Origin: Epithemia pelagica
Lineage: Eukaryota > Protista > Bacillariophyta
NCBI GenBank assembly: GCA_946965045.2
Contig: OX337240.1
Coordinates: forward strand, 1,798,001 to 1,862,000
DNA length: 64,000 bases
Direction of reading: 5' to 3'
Shown: positions 1 through 9,603 of the stretch, piece by piece
Numbering within the stretch: the first letter of the stretch is position 1
Layout: each line of letters opens with the position of its first letter
Translations under genes and position numbers: made by a program
The notes under the pieces: generated by a model
What the model saw: only the letters and a program-made list of their open reading frames with translations
Told to the model about the DNA's origin: nothing
The model's database searches: none

Positions 1-1120
1 GAATGGCATTGGGATGCCGCTTTAGGCACTCCAACAAGGCTTCCACTGTAACACCATGCGGCTGTGCACACAAGATATGCAAAGGCGTGGTTGTGTTGTT
101 GTGGGAACTTTTTCGTTCGTGGCGTTTGGACCGAATGGAATCTGGAATGTATCGAAGCGTCTTGGTAGTTGCCTTGAGAACTTTGCGCAACAAATTGAAA
201 CCCGACAACTTCCTCGTCGTGCTGCTGTTATTCTTGTCGTTGGCTACTTCCATCGACGTCGATACTGTGGAGACTGGTGGAGGAGCGCCGCCGGCGGAGG
301 TTGGAGTGGGACAGGGAGATGCCGCCATCATCATGCGGGGTACAGGAGCAGGGGCCGGTCGATAACTAGGGGCAACGTTGCTTGTCGTAGGAGTAGGAGT
401 TGCAGTACTGTTTTCATTTTGGTTCATCAAGGTGGTGGCGACTGTTAGAAAGCCCAAGCCAGTGCCCAGTCCATCATTATTACTCTTATTGTTGTCGCTC
501 GAGCTTGTGGGTCGGGGAGAGGATTCCGGTTCATGGGCAAAATTCTCTGGCGTCGGCGGTGGTAGTTGAGTCGTTGTGGTGTTGGACGACAGAGCGGCTG
601 CGGCCGCTGCTTCGGCAGCAGCGACTTGAGCTTCCGAAATACTTAATTGTCTTGCACTGCCACTGTTATGAGTCGAGGATTCACCCAATTCCGATAGGGC
701 ACGGACACTACCGAAATGGGAGACACTGGACTCGGAAAAGAGAGAATTCGCATCGCTCTCCGGGTTGAAAGCGGAGGATATGACACGGTGAAAGACCAAT
801 CGTCCAGTAAAATTGGTCAATGAAATGGACTTCAAACCTTCGGGGGCAAACTCCAAGGGGCGAACGTGGTTCATGGACATGGGACCATGGCCTGCTGTTT
901 CTGCAGGGTTGTTACCCCCTTCCAGTTGCTGCTGTGGTTCTTGATTATTATTATTGTTGTCTTCGTCGTTTGAAGTGGATACCAGTTGAACACCCAACTG
1001 AGGTGTGACACGATAACTGACGCTCATTTCTCCAGGTACCTGCGTGGTCACTGTGGTGTCATCGCCATCGCCTACTGCCGCAGCCGCCTCCATGGATGCA
1101 ATACTGGTGGAACGGCTCAT
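1..1120 (-). CDS. 5' part of an ankyrin-like repeat protein, paralog of the channel gene at 11320 (runs off the left edge)
   Basis: Not in the ORF track because it has no stop in the window. Translated by hand from ATG 1120 (MSRSTSIASMEAA...) over 1120-781 and about 365-1; the middle was not fully checked. Contains LKSISLTNFTGRLVFHRV and TTPLHILCAQPHGVTVEALLECLKRHPNAI, matching LRSIGFFSFTGRLVLHHH and TTRLHQLCALPHVTLDELMECTNHFPQAI of ORF 11320. Confidence 0.75.
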   Translation of the reverse strand, partial: MSRSTSIASMEAAAAVGDGDDTTVTTQVPGEMSVSYRVTPQLGVQLVSTSNDEDNNNNNQEPQQQLEGGNNPAETAGHGPMSMNHVRPLEFAPEGLKSISLTNFTGRLVFHRVISSAFNPESDANSLFSESSVSHFGSVRALSELGESSTHNSGSARQLSISEAQVAAAEAAAAAALSSNTTTTQLPPPTPENFAHEPESSPRPTSSSDNNKSNNDGLGTGLGFLTVATTLMNQNENSTATPTPTTSNVAPSYRPAPAPVPRMMMAASPCPTPTSAGGAPPPVSTVSTSMEVANDKNNSSTTRKLSGFNLLRKVLKATTKTLRYIPDSIRSKRHERKSSHNNTTTPLHILCAQPHGVTVEALLECLKRHPNAI

Positions 1121-2057
1121 TGTTGAGCGAGAAAGTTTGTTTCAGAAGCCAGCGCTTCTTTTTCCAGGGGGCTAATGCCAAACAAGGAAGACCAACTCTC
1201 TTCAACAAAAAGACTTTTGGTTGGTCCGATGAATCTGAATCTTCACGATACTTTCGCACCCCCTTGCCCCTTGTCTCTTCCAACCTTATATATTATCGAC
1301 TTTCAGGACGTCCCTGTCTCTTAAAATTGAACGAAATGGAGATCGTAAAAATGGAAGACAAACACACCCGCCTTGATTCGTCTATTGATTCTTCGTTTCA
1401 GGGGCAAACTGGGATGACAGATGATGAAACAAGTACCACCTTTCTGGAGTCCGTAGCCGGATCCTCTCTCAACCACAACGTCTTGCCTTTTTCTTTCTTC
1501 AACAACGTCCGCTCAATTCTGTTTGTCTCGTTCTCTTTCGGTTCTTGTCTAGAGGTAAGGACCTTTTGTCATCCATATGGACAGAGAAACGATGTCTCTG
1601 GAATGGATCTTGTGTGGAGAGATGCAATCATCCCCCCAATCAACGCATGGATGGCGTCCGCGCGATGACCCCCAAGCCATAAAAATTCCCATCGTTTGTA
1701 TAGATCAATTTTTGTGAATCATAATTATACAGGATATCATTGATTCACTGGAGAGTAGAGATACCGGCTGGCGTTCTTGTTTCCCAGGAGCCCTGACCCC
1801 CTTTTTGATGGTTGATGGGTCTTTTCCTTTTTCTATCGCACGATCACTTGCGCGACCATGAGGATGATGCACACCAACGGCTTGGCTCCCCGTTCCATGA
1901 GCGGGTGAAGAATCAGGATGGGGAAGGACTTACGAACTATCAAGCCTGAGTAACTCCAGCTACAGTGACCTTGCAAGGGGTCTGATTGGCAACAGGTGTG
2001 AGCCTACCGAACGCTCAAACTCTACGAACAGCAAACGATATACCCCCGAGGAGTTGG

Positions 2058-2512
2058 TGTTGTTTTCCTTACTAGCGAGTAAAGAAAAGGACTCTTGTTG
2101 AAAAATTGTGTGTCTACGGTGTTAGGTACTACGTCTTCGTTCCCTACTGTCATCGATGCGTTGAATCGTTGGTGGAGACGTTGTGTCACCAATTTGGGCG
2201 ACGAGATGTGTCATGGACGGGCCTGCCACCGTTCGTGGGATACCGCTGCCTCTAAGTATCTTCTGATTCACTTAGGGCCATGGACCGTTACGACAATGGT
2301 CATGGGATCCCGTCCTTAAGAACGACAATCGTTACATAGGCATTGTCGATCGTTACATAGGCATCGTCGCCTAGATCCATCGTCCGTCGTTTTTGCATTT
2401 TGTGAAAGGTGGTTCGATGATGCGTTGGGCCTAATGGAGTCATGAGGTTTGCGTCTGCGGTCCCCCAAGGTCCCCATCAGTTACATATGCCCGCATGTAC
2501 AATATTCGAACA
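2058..2512 (-). repeat. 3' LTR (455 bp)
   Basis: Direct repeat of 7822-8276; I see only 2 substitutions (gggcctgcc/ggtcctgcc; aaggtggtt/aaggcggtt). Contains an internal ~21-bp tandem duplication (atcgttacataggcatYgtcg). Confidence 0.97.
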
Positions 2513-2520
2513 CTCCCTCA
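2513..2520 (-). promoter_or_regulatory. Polypurine tract of the copia element
   Basis: Minus strand TGAGGGAG directly abuts the TG start of the 3' LTR. Confidence 0.8.
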
Positions 2521-2538
2521 CGCAGCGTGAAAATCTGA

Positions 2539-5500
2539 CTACCAGCCCATAATACGCGTGCGATGCCGCTCGAACGTCTCTTTATCCAGTGCTTTGGTAA
2601 AGATATCCGCGGTCTGCAACTCCGTATCGCAAGGGAGGATCGTAATCTCTTTCTTCTCGACATAGGACTTGAAATGAAATAGCTTGGTACAGAGGTATCG
2701 CGTGCGTGGTCGATACTTGTAGACCGTAGCCAATTCGTAAGCTCCGTTATTGTCTTCAAAAGCTCGACAATGTACTCTGGGTTGTGTTGATAGAACAGGG
2801 AAGCCGAGTGATTTCATCTCTTTCGTAATGTGCATAAGTGGAATGACTGTACGCAATGAAGTAGAGAGGCTGATAATTTCCGCTTCCGTTGTGGACAGTG
2901 CAATCTCGGACTGTAACTTTGATGCCCACACTATGGGACAACCTCCATAAAAGATGACATATCCGGAACGGGATCGGGCCATGTCTGATCGTGGTACATC
3001 TGTTTTGTTGAAGTTGCCACAAAAATCGGCATCGGCATAAACGTCGAAATTTTCCTTGTCCTGTGGTTTGAGCACTAGTCCTCGTGACCGTGTACCAGCG
3101 AGGTAGCGCCCAATCTGCTTTACTGCTCGTCCGTGTACCTGCTTTGGATTCGCGGAAAAGCGTGCACATTGATGTACTGCGTAGGATATATCGGGTCGTG
3201 TACTTTTCTCGAGGAAATTCAGTTTCCCGATGACCGAGCGATAGTTGAAGTGTCCATCAAAGGGCTCCCCATCATCATCGGCGCGCATCTTCACTGTGGT
3301 TGCTGCCGGCACGTCGCGAGTATTCGTGTCCGCTGGTAATCGCAGATCATCAAGGATAGCGTCGATCAAGCGAGTCTGGGAGAGGTGAAGATGTCCGGTC
3401 TGTTGTTTTGTAATGTTGACTCCAAGAAAATCTTCAACTCCGTCTTCATATGTAATCTTAAGCCCAATGTCCTGCATCTGGGTGATGATGTCATCGAGTT
3501 CTTGTGGATCAGGCCCTGTTAAGATGGAGTCGTCTGTGTACAGGATATAGAGGCTGCGTCCTTTGTAGAAGACACATTCATCATGATCACTCTGTTTGAA
3601 TCCCACTTGTTCCAATTGCTGTACTAGATGTTTATTCCAGACACGCGCGGCCTGTTTCTGACCGTAGTAATTCCGTTTAATCTTGAGAACAAAATCTTCG
3701 GCTCGTTGTTTTCCGGTCATGTCGAATGTAAACCCTCTAGGTGCCTCCATGTACATATCAGTTTCCGCCACGGCTTGAGTATAGGCGAGGACATAGTCTA
3801 TCTGCTTCATCGCCCATCCTTGCGAAATAGCCGTCGTTAAGACATAGCGGACCACAGGCCATTGGACTACAGGAGCATAAGTCTCCCAATAGTTCACTCC
3901 TTTGGTCTGTCTTGATCCATCAAATGCCAAGCGTGACTTCCATTTATAGATTTCACCTGTCTGCAGTTTCCGCTTCCGGACACAACTCCATACTGCTCTA
4001 GTCACATAGCTACCCGGTGGTATATCTTGTCGTCGAACCACTTCCCAGAGACCGTTTGCGGTGTGATCCTGGACCTCCTTTTGGGCAGCCTTTATAAATT
4101 CCAATCGATCTGGTTGTCGCATGGCTTCGTGCCAATACATGACATCTGGATTTGCTTGGGCCTGTGCGGTCATGGAGATCAACCCAGGTAACGTCACTGC
4201 CAGCTCACCTAGAGGATCTAGGTCGTCCCCCAAGGAATCCATATAGTCTTGATATCGCATAGTTGGTTTGGGTTGTCGTTGTGACCTGCGGACTCCAAAG
4301 GCTCCCTCATTTGTCGGCTGGATTAGCTCTTCGTTGTCGATTGGTAACGGAACTATAGGCGGCTCCTCTAGGGTAGAATTGTGATCTACCTCCCTCATTT
4401 GTGAGGGTAGTTGTGAGTCACGTGTGTGGGTAGTGTGGTGATCTGGTTGGGACTGATCCATGGTTTTACCCTTGCGGAACCCGGCCTTCTGCTGCCAGTA
4501 GGAGACAGGTTGTGCTTCCCCGAAACTACGTCGCATAGTCTCAAAACGGTCATCATATTGAACATGGAATTGGGGAGAAGATAAACCGGAGGACAATGAG
4601 AGAATAAGCCCCACGGTTCTTGAGTGTTGGGCAGAGTATCCCAAGAAGATACCAACCCGAGAGCGTTCGGACCATTTGGGAATCCCTTTTCCTGATTGTA
4701 GAGCATTGTCTAGGACATAACTTGGACATCCAAATGTATGCGCATGTCGCAAGTTGAATCGTGCTGGGGAACCAGAGAAGAGTTCCAAAGGCGTCGTTGT
4801 CTTATGTTTCGCCATAGGTGCAGAGTTGAAGATATCCGATGCATAGCGTACTGCATAGGGCCAGAGGTTCGGAGTAATAGCAGAGGGCCATCGACGATGT
4901 GCATGGAGTAGCATAGTCCGTGCTGAATCTTGTAGGTCCCTTATGCGCCTCTCGGCCATACCGCTCTGAAAATGCGCGTTGACTCCGCTGAACGTCAAGC
5001 GCTGTCCTTTGTCTCTTACTGCTTTGCGAAATTGGTTGTCGGCAAAAATGCCGTTGTCTGCATGATAGTGCATGATTGCGACCCCGTGCGTATCCGCCCA
5101 TGCTTCGAATCGCTCCTTTGCTTCGATGGTATCTGCAGCCGACGTCGATCGTTGTAGGTGGACGTACCCTATACCAGAGTAGTGGTCCACGAAAACAGTC
5201 GCTACCCGATATCTATCGCGTGTTGGAGTACCTCGTAAGTGGGCAATATATCCTGGTGTTGTCGATATGAGTTGGTCGACCGATACACATTGGCCTGGAC
5301 GAGTCATAACATCCAGTGTACCCCTTGTACCTTTCACTCGCCACGGTTTCTTCGTCGCTTTCCCGTACATACAGGCTGTACATGCTGGAACAGCGCATGA
5401 ACCGAGTCGCTTGGGCAATTCACCTCGTCGTGCCATTTCTTGAATCTTAGCAAATGACAGATGGCCGAGCCGATGATGAACGCGTAGGAGTTCAACCGTC

Positions 5501-6477
5501 GGGTTTTCGATTGGCACTTCTTCTTCATTGGGAATCACATGTACCACTTTTTCATCTTCGAAGAGAAAATCCGTGGTGATGGGCTGATCCCGTTGTGGAA
5601 AATACTGTTCATTGTGCTCGTCATCCATGTCAAATTCTACATCGTTGGAATCTTGTTCGATCTGGGCGCTTGGTGAGTTCTCATTGATGCTTTCGTCATC
5701 CTCGATCAGATTCGCATGACTAACGATCGGTGGATTCTCATCTTCTTCCTCCGGTGTCGCGTGTACTTTGCAGCAGAAAGCATGGAACTTGAGCATACCG
5801 TTTGCAGTGTACAGCTGTCCCACGTTCGTCCCTCTTCGATTGAGTGGGATGGTTCTCGTGTATTCGCGTTGGTTCCATTCGAGAATGATGTTGTCAGCTG
5901 TGGTGATGCAGCGAGTGCCATCTGGATTCGGCTTGTGGTCTTTGGCTACTTGTGCCCAGTGTTGGGGAGAGAAAAGTCTGTTGGAGGTCGATGGTATGTA
6001 GAATGACCGAGGCAGGACGAATGTATGGATGGCACCGTTGTCGTCTTCGAAGTGCCACTTGATCGTCGTGGAGTAGATTTCCGTTTTGAACAATCCTGCA
6101 ATGCCCTTGATCTTTCTTCTTACGGGTTGGATTGCTGTTATGCAGTCGGTGATATCGTTTGTGATAGACGATGTTGCACAGTTGTCCACAAACACAGGCT
6201 GGCTATCGGAGTCGAACTTGACTTGACGTGCTGCGGCTGGTTTGCCTGTTATTGGAGCTGCGAGTATTGTTGCCATGCATAACATTCGCATTGTTTGTCT
6301 ATTCCATCTTGGTTTCCTTGTTTGTCGTCGTATCCTGTTGCTATTGCATTTTGGTGTTAGAAACCATAGCTTAGGCCGCAGACTCGTCTTGTCATCTTGG
6401 GAAGGGTTAGCCGACCTAGCATCATCATCGCTATATACTAGGACAGACATGTAGAGGATTGTTGTCACTAGTAACAT
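2539..6477 (-). CDS. pol: Copia Pol polyprotein (protease, integrase, RT, RNase H)
   Basis: Protease VFVDNCAT; HHCC pre-integrase HHRLGH...CTAC; integrase VSVDQL/DNGIF/AERRIR; RT KWKSRLAFDG and YTDD; RNase H YADADF, EDN, TADIFTK. No internal stops. The frame is open up to the gag TGA at 6538. Confidence 0.96.
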   Translation of the reverse strand: MLLVTTILYMSVLVYSDDDARSANPSQDDKTSLRPKLWFLTPKCNSNRIRRQTRKPRWNRQTMRMLCMATILAAPITGKPAAARQVKFDSDSQPVFVDNCATSSITNDITDCITAIQPVRRKIKGIAGLFKTEIYSTTIKWHFEDDNGAIHTFVLPRSFYIPSTSNRLFSPQHWAQVAKDHKPNPDGTRCITTADNIILEWNQREYTRTIPLNRRGTNVGQLYTANGMLKFHAFCCKVHATPEEEDENPPIVSHANLIEDDESINENSPSAQIEQDSNDVEFDMDDEHNEQYFPQRDQPITTDFLFEDEKVVHVIPNEEEVPIENPTVELLRVHHRLGHLSFAKIQEMARRGELPKRLGSCAVPACTACMYGKATKKPWRVKGTRGTLDVMTRPGQCVSVDQLISTTPGYIAHLRGTPTRDRYRVATVFVDHYSGIGYVHLQRSTSAADTIEAKERFEAWADTHGVAIMHYHADNGIFADNQFRKAVRDKGQRLTFSGVNAHFQSGMAERRIRDLQDSARTMLLHAHRRWPSAITPNLWPYAVRYASDIFNSAPMAKHKTTTPLELFSGSPARFNLRHAHTFGCPSYVLDNALQSGKGIPKWSERSRVGIFLGYSAQHSRTVGLILSLSSGLSSPQFHVQYDDRFETMRRSFGEAQPVSYWQQKAGFRKGKTMDQSQPDHHTTHTRDSQLPSQMREVDHNSTLEEPPIVPLPIDNEELIQPTNEGAFGVRRSQRQPKPTMRYQDYMDSLGDDLDPLGELAVTLPGLISMTAQAQANPDVMYWHEAMRQPDRLEFIKAAQKEVQDHTANGLWEVVRRQDIPPGSYVTRAVWSCVRKRKLQTGEIYKWKSRLAFDGSRQTKGVNYWETYAPVVQWPVVRYVLTTAISQGWAMKQIDYVLAYTQAVAETDMYMEAPRGFTFDMTGKQRAEDFVLKIKRNYYGQKQAARVWNKHLVQQLEQVGFKQSDHDECVFYKGRSLYILYTDDSILTGPDPQELDDIITQMQDIGLKITYEDGVEDFLGVNITKQQTGHLHLSQTRLIDAILDDLRLPADTNTRDVPAATTVKMRADDDGEPFDGHFNYRSVIGKLNFLEKSTRPDISYAVHQCARFSANPKQVHGRAVKQIGRYLAGTRSRGLVLKPQDKENFDVYADADFCGNFNKTDVPRSDMARSRSGYVIFYGGCPIVWASKLQSEIALSTTEAEIISLSTSLRTVIPLMHITKEMKSLGFPVLSTQPRVHCRAFEDNNGAYELATVYKYRPRTRYLCTKLFHFKSYVEKKEITILPCDTELQTADIFTKALDKETFERHRTRIMGW

Positions 6478-6537
6478 ATAGATGAGCTGCTCGACCGTCT
6501 TGTAGAACAGCCCGAGGAATGACCTCGGGTTTCGTTG

Positions 6538-7779
6538 TCACTCTTCGTCAGAAGATTCTTCTTGGGCCGGTAGATCAGCTAGAGCACTCGCGAGGCGAAG
6601 GGCAGGAGTTGTACCATCATTGTTCTTCTCGGCATGAGCTAAATCATAGGCCTTCTTTTTCTCGCCGGTTAAGCCCCGTCCGTTGCACGTGTCGGAAGTG
6701 TGTTTCTTGTTGAGTGACCATTTTTCATGCCACTTACACCAATAGTACATTTTTTTGTTGACTTCTTTTACTTCTGGGCCTCCCTCATGTGGCCCAATGG
6801 TGAGCCACGATTCTTTTGCTGATTCTTTGGTCTTTTGCTCGCCCTGTTTGGATCCCTTGGTCGTGGACAGCGGGGCTGTTTTTCCTTTCTCCATCTTCTT
6901 GACTTTGGCCTCAAGGGCAATAATCTTCTGGTCACGTTCGGACAGAGCCTGCCATTTCTTCGCTTCTACCAGGCCTTGGTACTTGAGACGGGCCCAATCC
7001 ATGAGTTGCCTCGCCGAGAGATTCGGAGAATCTCCTTCTTCGTATGCGTTCTTTCGACGACGGATCATCTCCAAGAAGTTCTCATCACTCACAGTCTCAT
7101 AAGCTTTGAAATGGTTAGGGAGTAAGTCCAGCGTTCGTTCACCGCGGGCATGCAAACCTTGAAGAGTAGCCTTCACATAGGAGTTGAACTTGATGATGTC
7201 ACCGTTGAAGTCTGCAATATGAATATGCAGATCGGACAAGCGCTGGCGAAGTACCATCACGGTCGCCTCGGTATCCACATACGCGAGGGAAATGATCACT
7301 TTGAGAAGGAGTGGACCACTGCCAACGTCGTCGATAATAAAGTCTTCGCGTTGTAGATTTACTTGCGCCTTCGCATCGTCGTTGAGCGACGCCATCAAAC
7401 ACATGTAGGACATATAGGAATTCTGAGAATTCCTGTTCTGTCCGATGAAACTATCGACGTAGGTGCGAACCTGGGCGAGCGAGACGCGACCGTAGGCTTG
7501 AGTCAAGAGATGCGTAGGTGCTGGTGGCGGTGCTGGTCCAGCCGCTGGAGGAACCACAATGTGTTCGGGAATGGAAAAGGTGCTGGTCCAAGACTGTTCG
7601 ACGATCCGATCTTGGAATGAGTCGAGAAATGTCTTCAGCCCTTCCGCGTGGAGATCGTAGAGATCACCACCGTCAAAGAGTCCAGTCGTTGCCTGCTTGT
7701 AGAGCTTTGCTCCAGCTGCGGTTGCAAAGTTCACGATGTTGTTCGCGTTTGCGTTAGCGGGGGAGATTGCGAAAGCCAT
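6538..7779 (-). CDS. gag: Copia Gag
   Basis: First ATG inside the 5' LTR boundary is 7779 (MAFAISPA...); C-terminal YWCKWHEKW...HTSDTC zinc-knuckle-like motif; same frame as pol. Confidence 0.88.
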   Translation of the reverse strand: MAFAISPANANANNIVNFATAAGAKLYKQATTGLFDGGDLYDLHAEGLKTFLDSFQDRIVEQSWTSTFSIPEHIVVPPAAGPAPPPAPTHLLTQAYGRVSLAQVRTYVDSFIGQNRNSQNSYMSYMCLMASLNDDAKAQVNLQREDFIIDDVGSGPLLLKVIISLAYVDTEATVMVLRQRLSDLHIHIADFNGDIIKFNSYVKATLQGLHARGERTLDLLPNHFKAYETVSDENFLEMIRRRKNAYEEGDSPNLSARQLMDWARLKYQGLVEAKKWQALSERDQKIIALEAKVKKMEKGKTAPLSTTKGSKQGEQKTKESAKESWLTIGPHEGGPEVKEVNKKMYYWCKWHEKWSLNKKHTSDTCNGRGLTGEKKKAYDLAHAEKNNDGTTPALRLASALADLPAQEESSDEE

Positions 7780-7807
7780 GGCAGACGATGGACGTGTGCT
7801 GTCTAAA

Positions 7808-7823
7808 GCGCAGAGGAAGCGTG
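7808..7823 (-). promoter_or_regulatory. Putative primer-binding site complementary to the D-arm of initiator tRNA-Met
   Basis: Plus strand GCGCAGAGGAAGCGTG abuts the 5' LTR and matches 15/16 nt of GCGCAGCGGAAGCGTG, the D-arm of animal/plant tRNAiMet as I recall it. There is no canonical TGG PBS. Confidence 0.55.
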
Positions 7824-8276
7824 TTGTTTTCCTTACTAGCGAGTAAAGAAAAGGACTCTTGTTGAAAAATTGTGTGTCTACGGTGTTAGGTACTACGTCT
7901 TCGTTCCCTACTGTCATCGATGCGTTGAATCGTTGGTGGAGACGTTGTGTCACCAATTTGGGCGACGAGATGTGTCATGGACGGTCCTGCCACCGTTCGT
8001 GGGATACCGCTGCCTCTAAGTATCTTCTGATTCACTTAGGGCCATGGACCGTTACGACAATGGTCATGGGATCCCGTCCTTAAGAACGACAATCGTTACA
8101 TAGGCATTGTCGATCGTTACATAGGCATCGTCGCCTAGATCCATCGTCCGTCGTTTTTGCATTTTGTGAAAGGCGGTTCGATGATGCGTTGGGCCTAATG
8201 GAGTCATGAGGTTTGCGTCTGCGGTCCCCCAAGGTCCCCATCAGTTACATATGCCCGCATGTACAATATTCGAACA
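7822..8276 (-). repeat. 5' LTR (455 bp)
   Basis: Near-identical to 2058-2512; followed by TSD GTTGG. Confidence 0.97.
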
Positions 8277-8581
8277 GTTGGTTGCATTTGTTACAAACAG
8301 ATCCAACTGGCAGTCCATTAAGCTTCGATGATGGCAGATTTCCCAGCAGAAACGCTCGTGATTCGAAGCACGATTCTACCAGAATTCTTTTCTGTGGAAT
8401 TGAACAGGTCATAACTCATAACACCAACTCTTGTATTTACGGAAAACTACAATATGGTACGCGATTTCTCATGCATGCAACACATCTTTCAATCTTTCCA
8501 TGGGGCCTAGCTACCAATGTTCTTGTCTTATGGACATTTGTTTGTTTGTCAGCTTGGATTCACACAGCGCCACCCATATCA

Positions 8582-9603
8582 CTATATTTTCTTCCTCAGG
8601 GACTTTGTTGTGATGCGGCCACAGGCCCTGGGCTGGTTTTGAGAGCATCCTTGGCCTTGGCCACCGCACGTCCCCCTACATTGTTCCAAGGAAGAAGAGC
8701 CAAGGCGGCTGCTTCTAGTTCTTGTGCACCCACCACTGCCAAATTCTTGCCCGTGGCGTTGTCGCACGCTTTGGTAACAATTTGGTGAATGACCTCCATG
8801 CCAAGTTGAGACCGCCATGCAAAGTTGACCGAGGTAGGCCATACCCTCTACGGAGATAACCTTATCAGCTTCATCCCTTTGCTGGTAGAGGAGCTGGTAC
8901 AGGTAAGGATACCAAAATTGCTGGTCGAAACGTTGCTTTGTATCCAGCTCAAAAAAGGTCTTGAAGTTCTCGTCCTTGGCAATAGTGTCCAGGACGTATT
9001 GGCTACCCATCATTTGACTATAGTACTGAGAGCCCTCCGTCTGGCGGAAACCGCCACAGAGCAATCCAATGAACTCAGAGATAGATTCAGAGAAGATTAC
9101 GGTCATGGCCACAGGGGCGTTCTCGTCACCCTGCATCCCCTTTTCTTGTAAGATGCTTTCAAGATGCTGCGCAATCTGATCCTGCAGAGCCTTCATGCCG
9201 CTCTTGTTCGGATCAAAACCAACGGGTAGCACATAAGTGAGTCGATCATTTTCTGCAACATGTCACGAGAAGGGTGCACATGGCATGATACACAATCCCA
9301 TCCGAGAACATTGTGATGAAGACAAGTGTGGTCAGACCCATTTGCTCGGTGACTGTCAAAGTATGCCACCGTGTGGAACGTACCTCCCAATCCCGTATAC
9401 TTTATGGGTGTCACGGCACTCAAGATGCGTCGCAAGGAAGTCTGTTGCAAGGCTTGCTCAAGGCGTAGGGGGTGGTTACCACGAGTAGCACCTCTCAGCT
9501 TGGGTCCTTGCTCTTCTTCTCTTTCCATCCCCCAACAAGGGCTGGACCAGAAGGCACCCAGGAGGAGAAACGACAACAAGAGAGGAGACATCTGTTTGAC
9601 CAT
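8582..9603 (-). CDS. Secreted hypothetical protein, 2 exons, probable frameshift near the 3' end
   Basis: Signal peptide MSPLLLSFLLLGAFWSSPCWG; plausible intron 9383-9253 (GTACGT...TTGCAG) joins ORFs 9193-9603 and 8582-9232; the more protein-like C-terminus (MEVIHQIV...) lies in another frame (8596-8799). Confidence 0.55.

Larger units (their letters stand above)
2058..8276 (-). mobile_element. Full-length Ty1/copia LTR retrotransposon (CoDi-like), recently inserted
   Basis: Two 455-bp LTRs with TGTT...AACA ends; 5-bp TSD GTTGG at 2053-2057 and 8277-8281; PPT next to the 3' LTR; gag then PR-IN-RT-RH domain order. Confidence 0.97.

Noticed and set aside
7780-7956. Gag start at 7956 as in the ORF track
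   Set aside because: That start is a non-ATG codon inside the 5' LTR; ATG 7779 follows the PBS.
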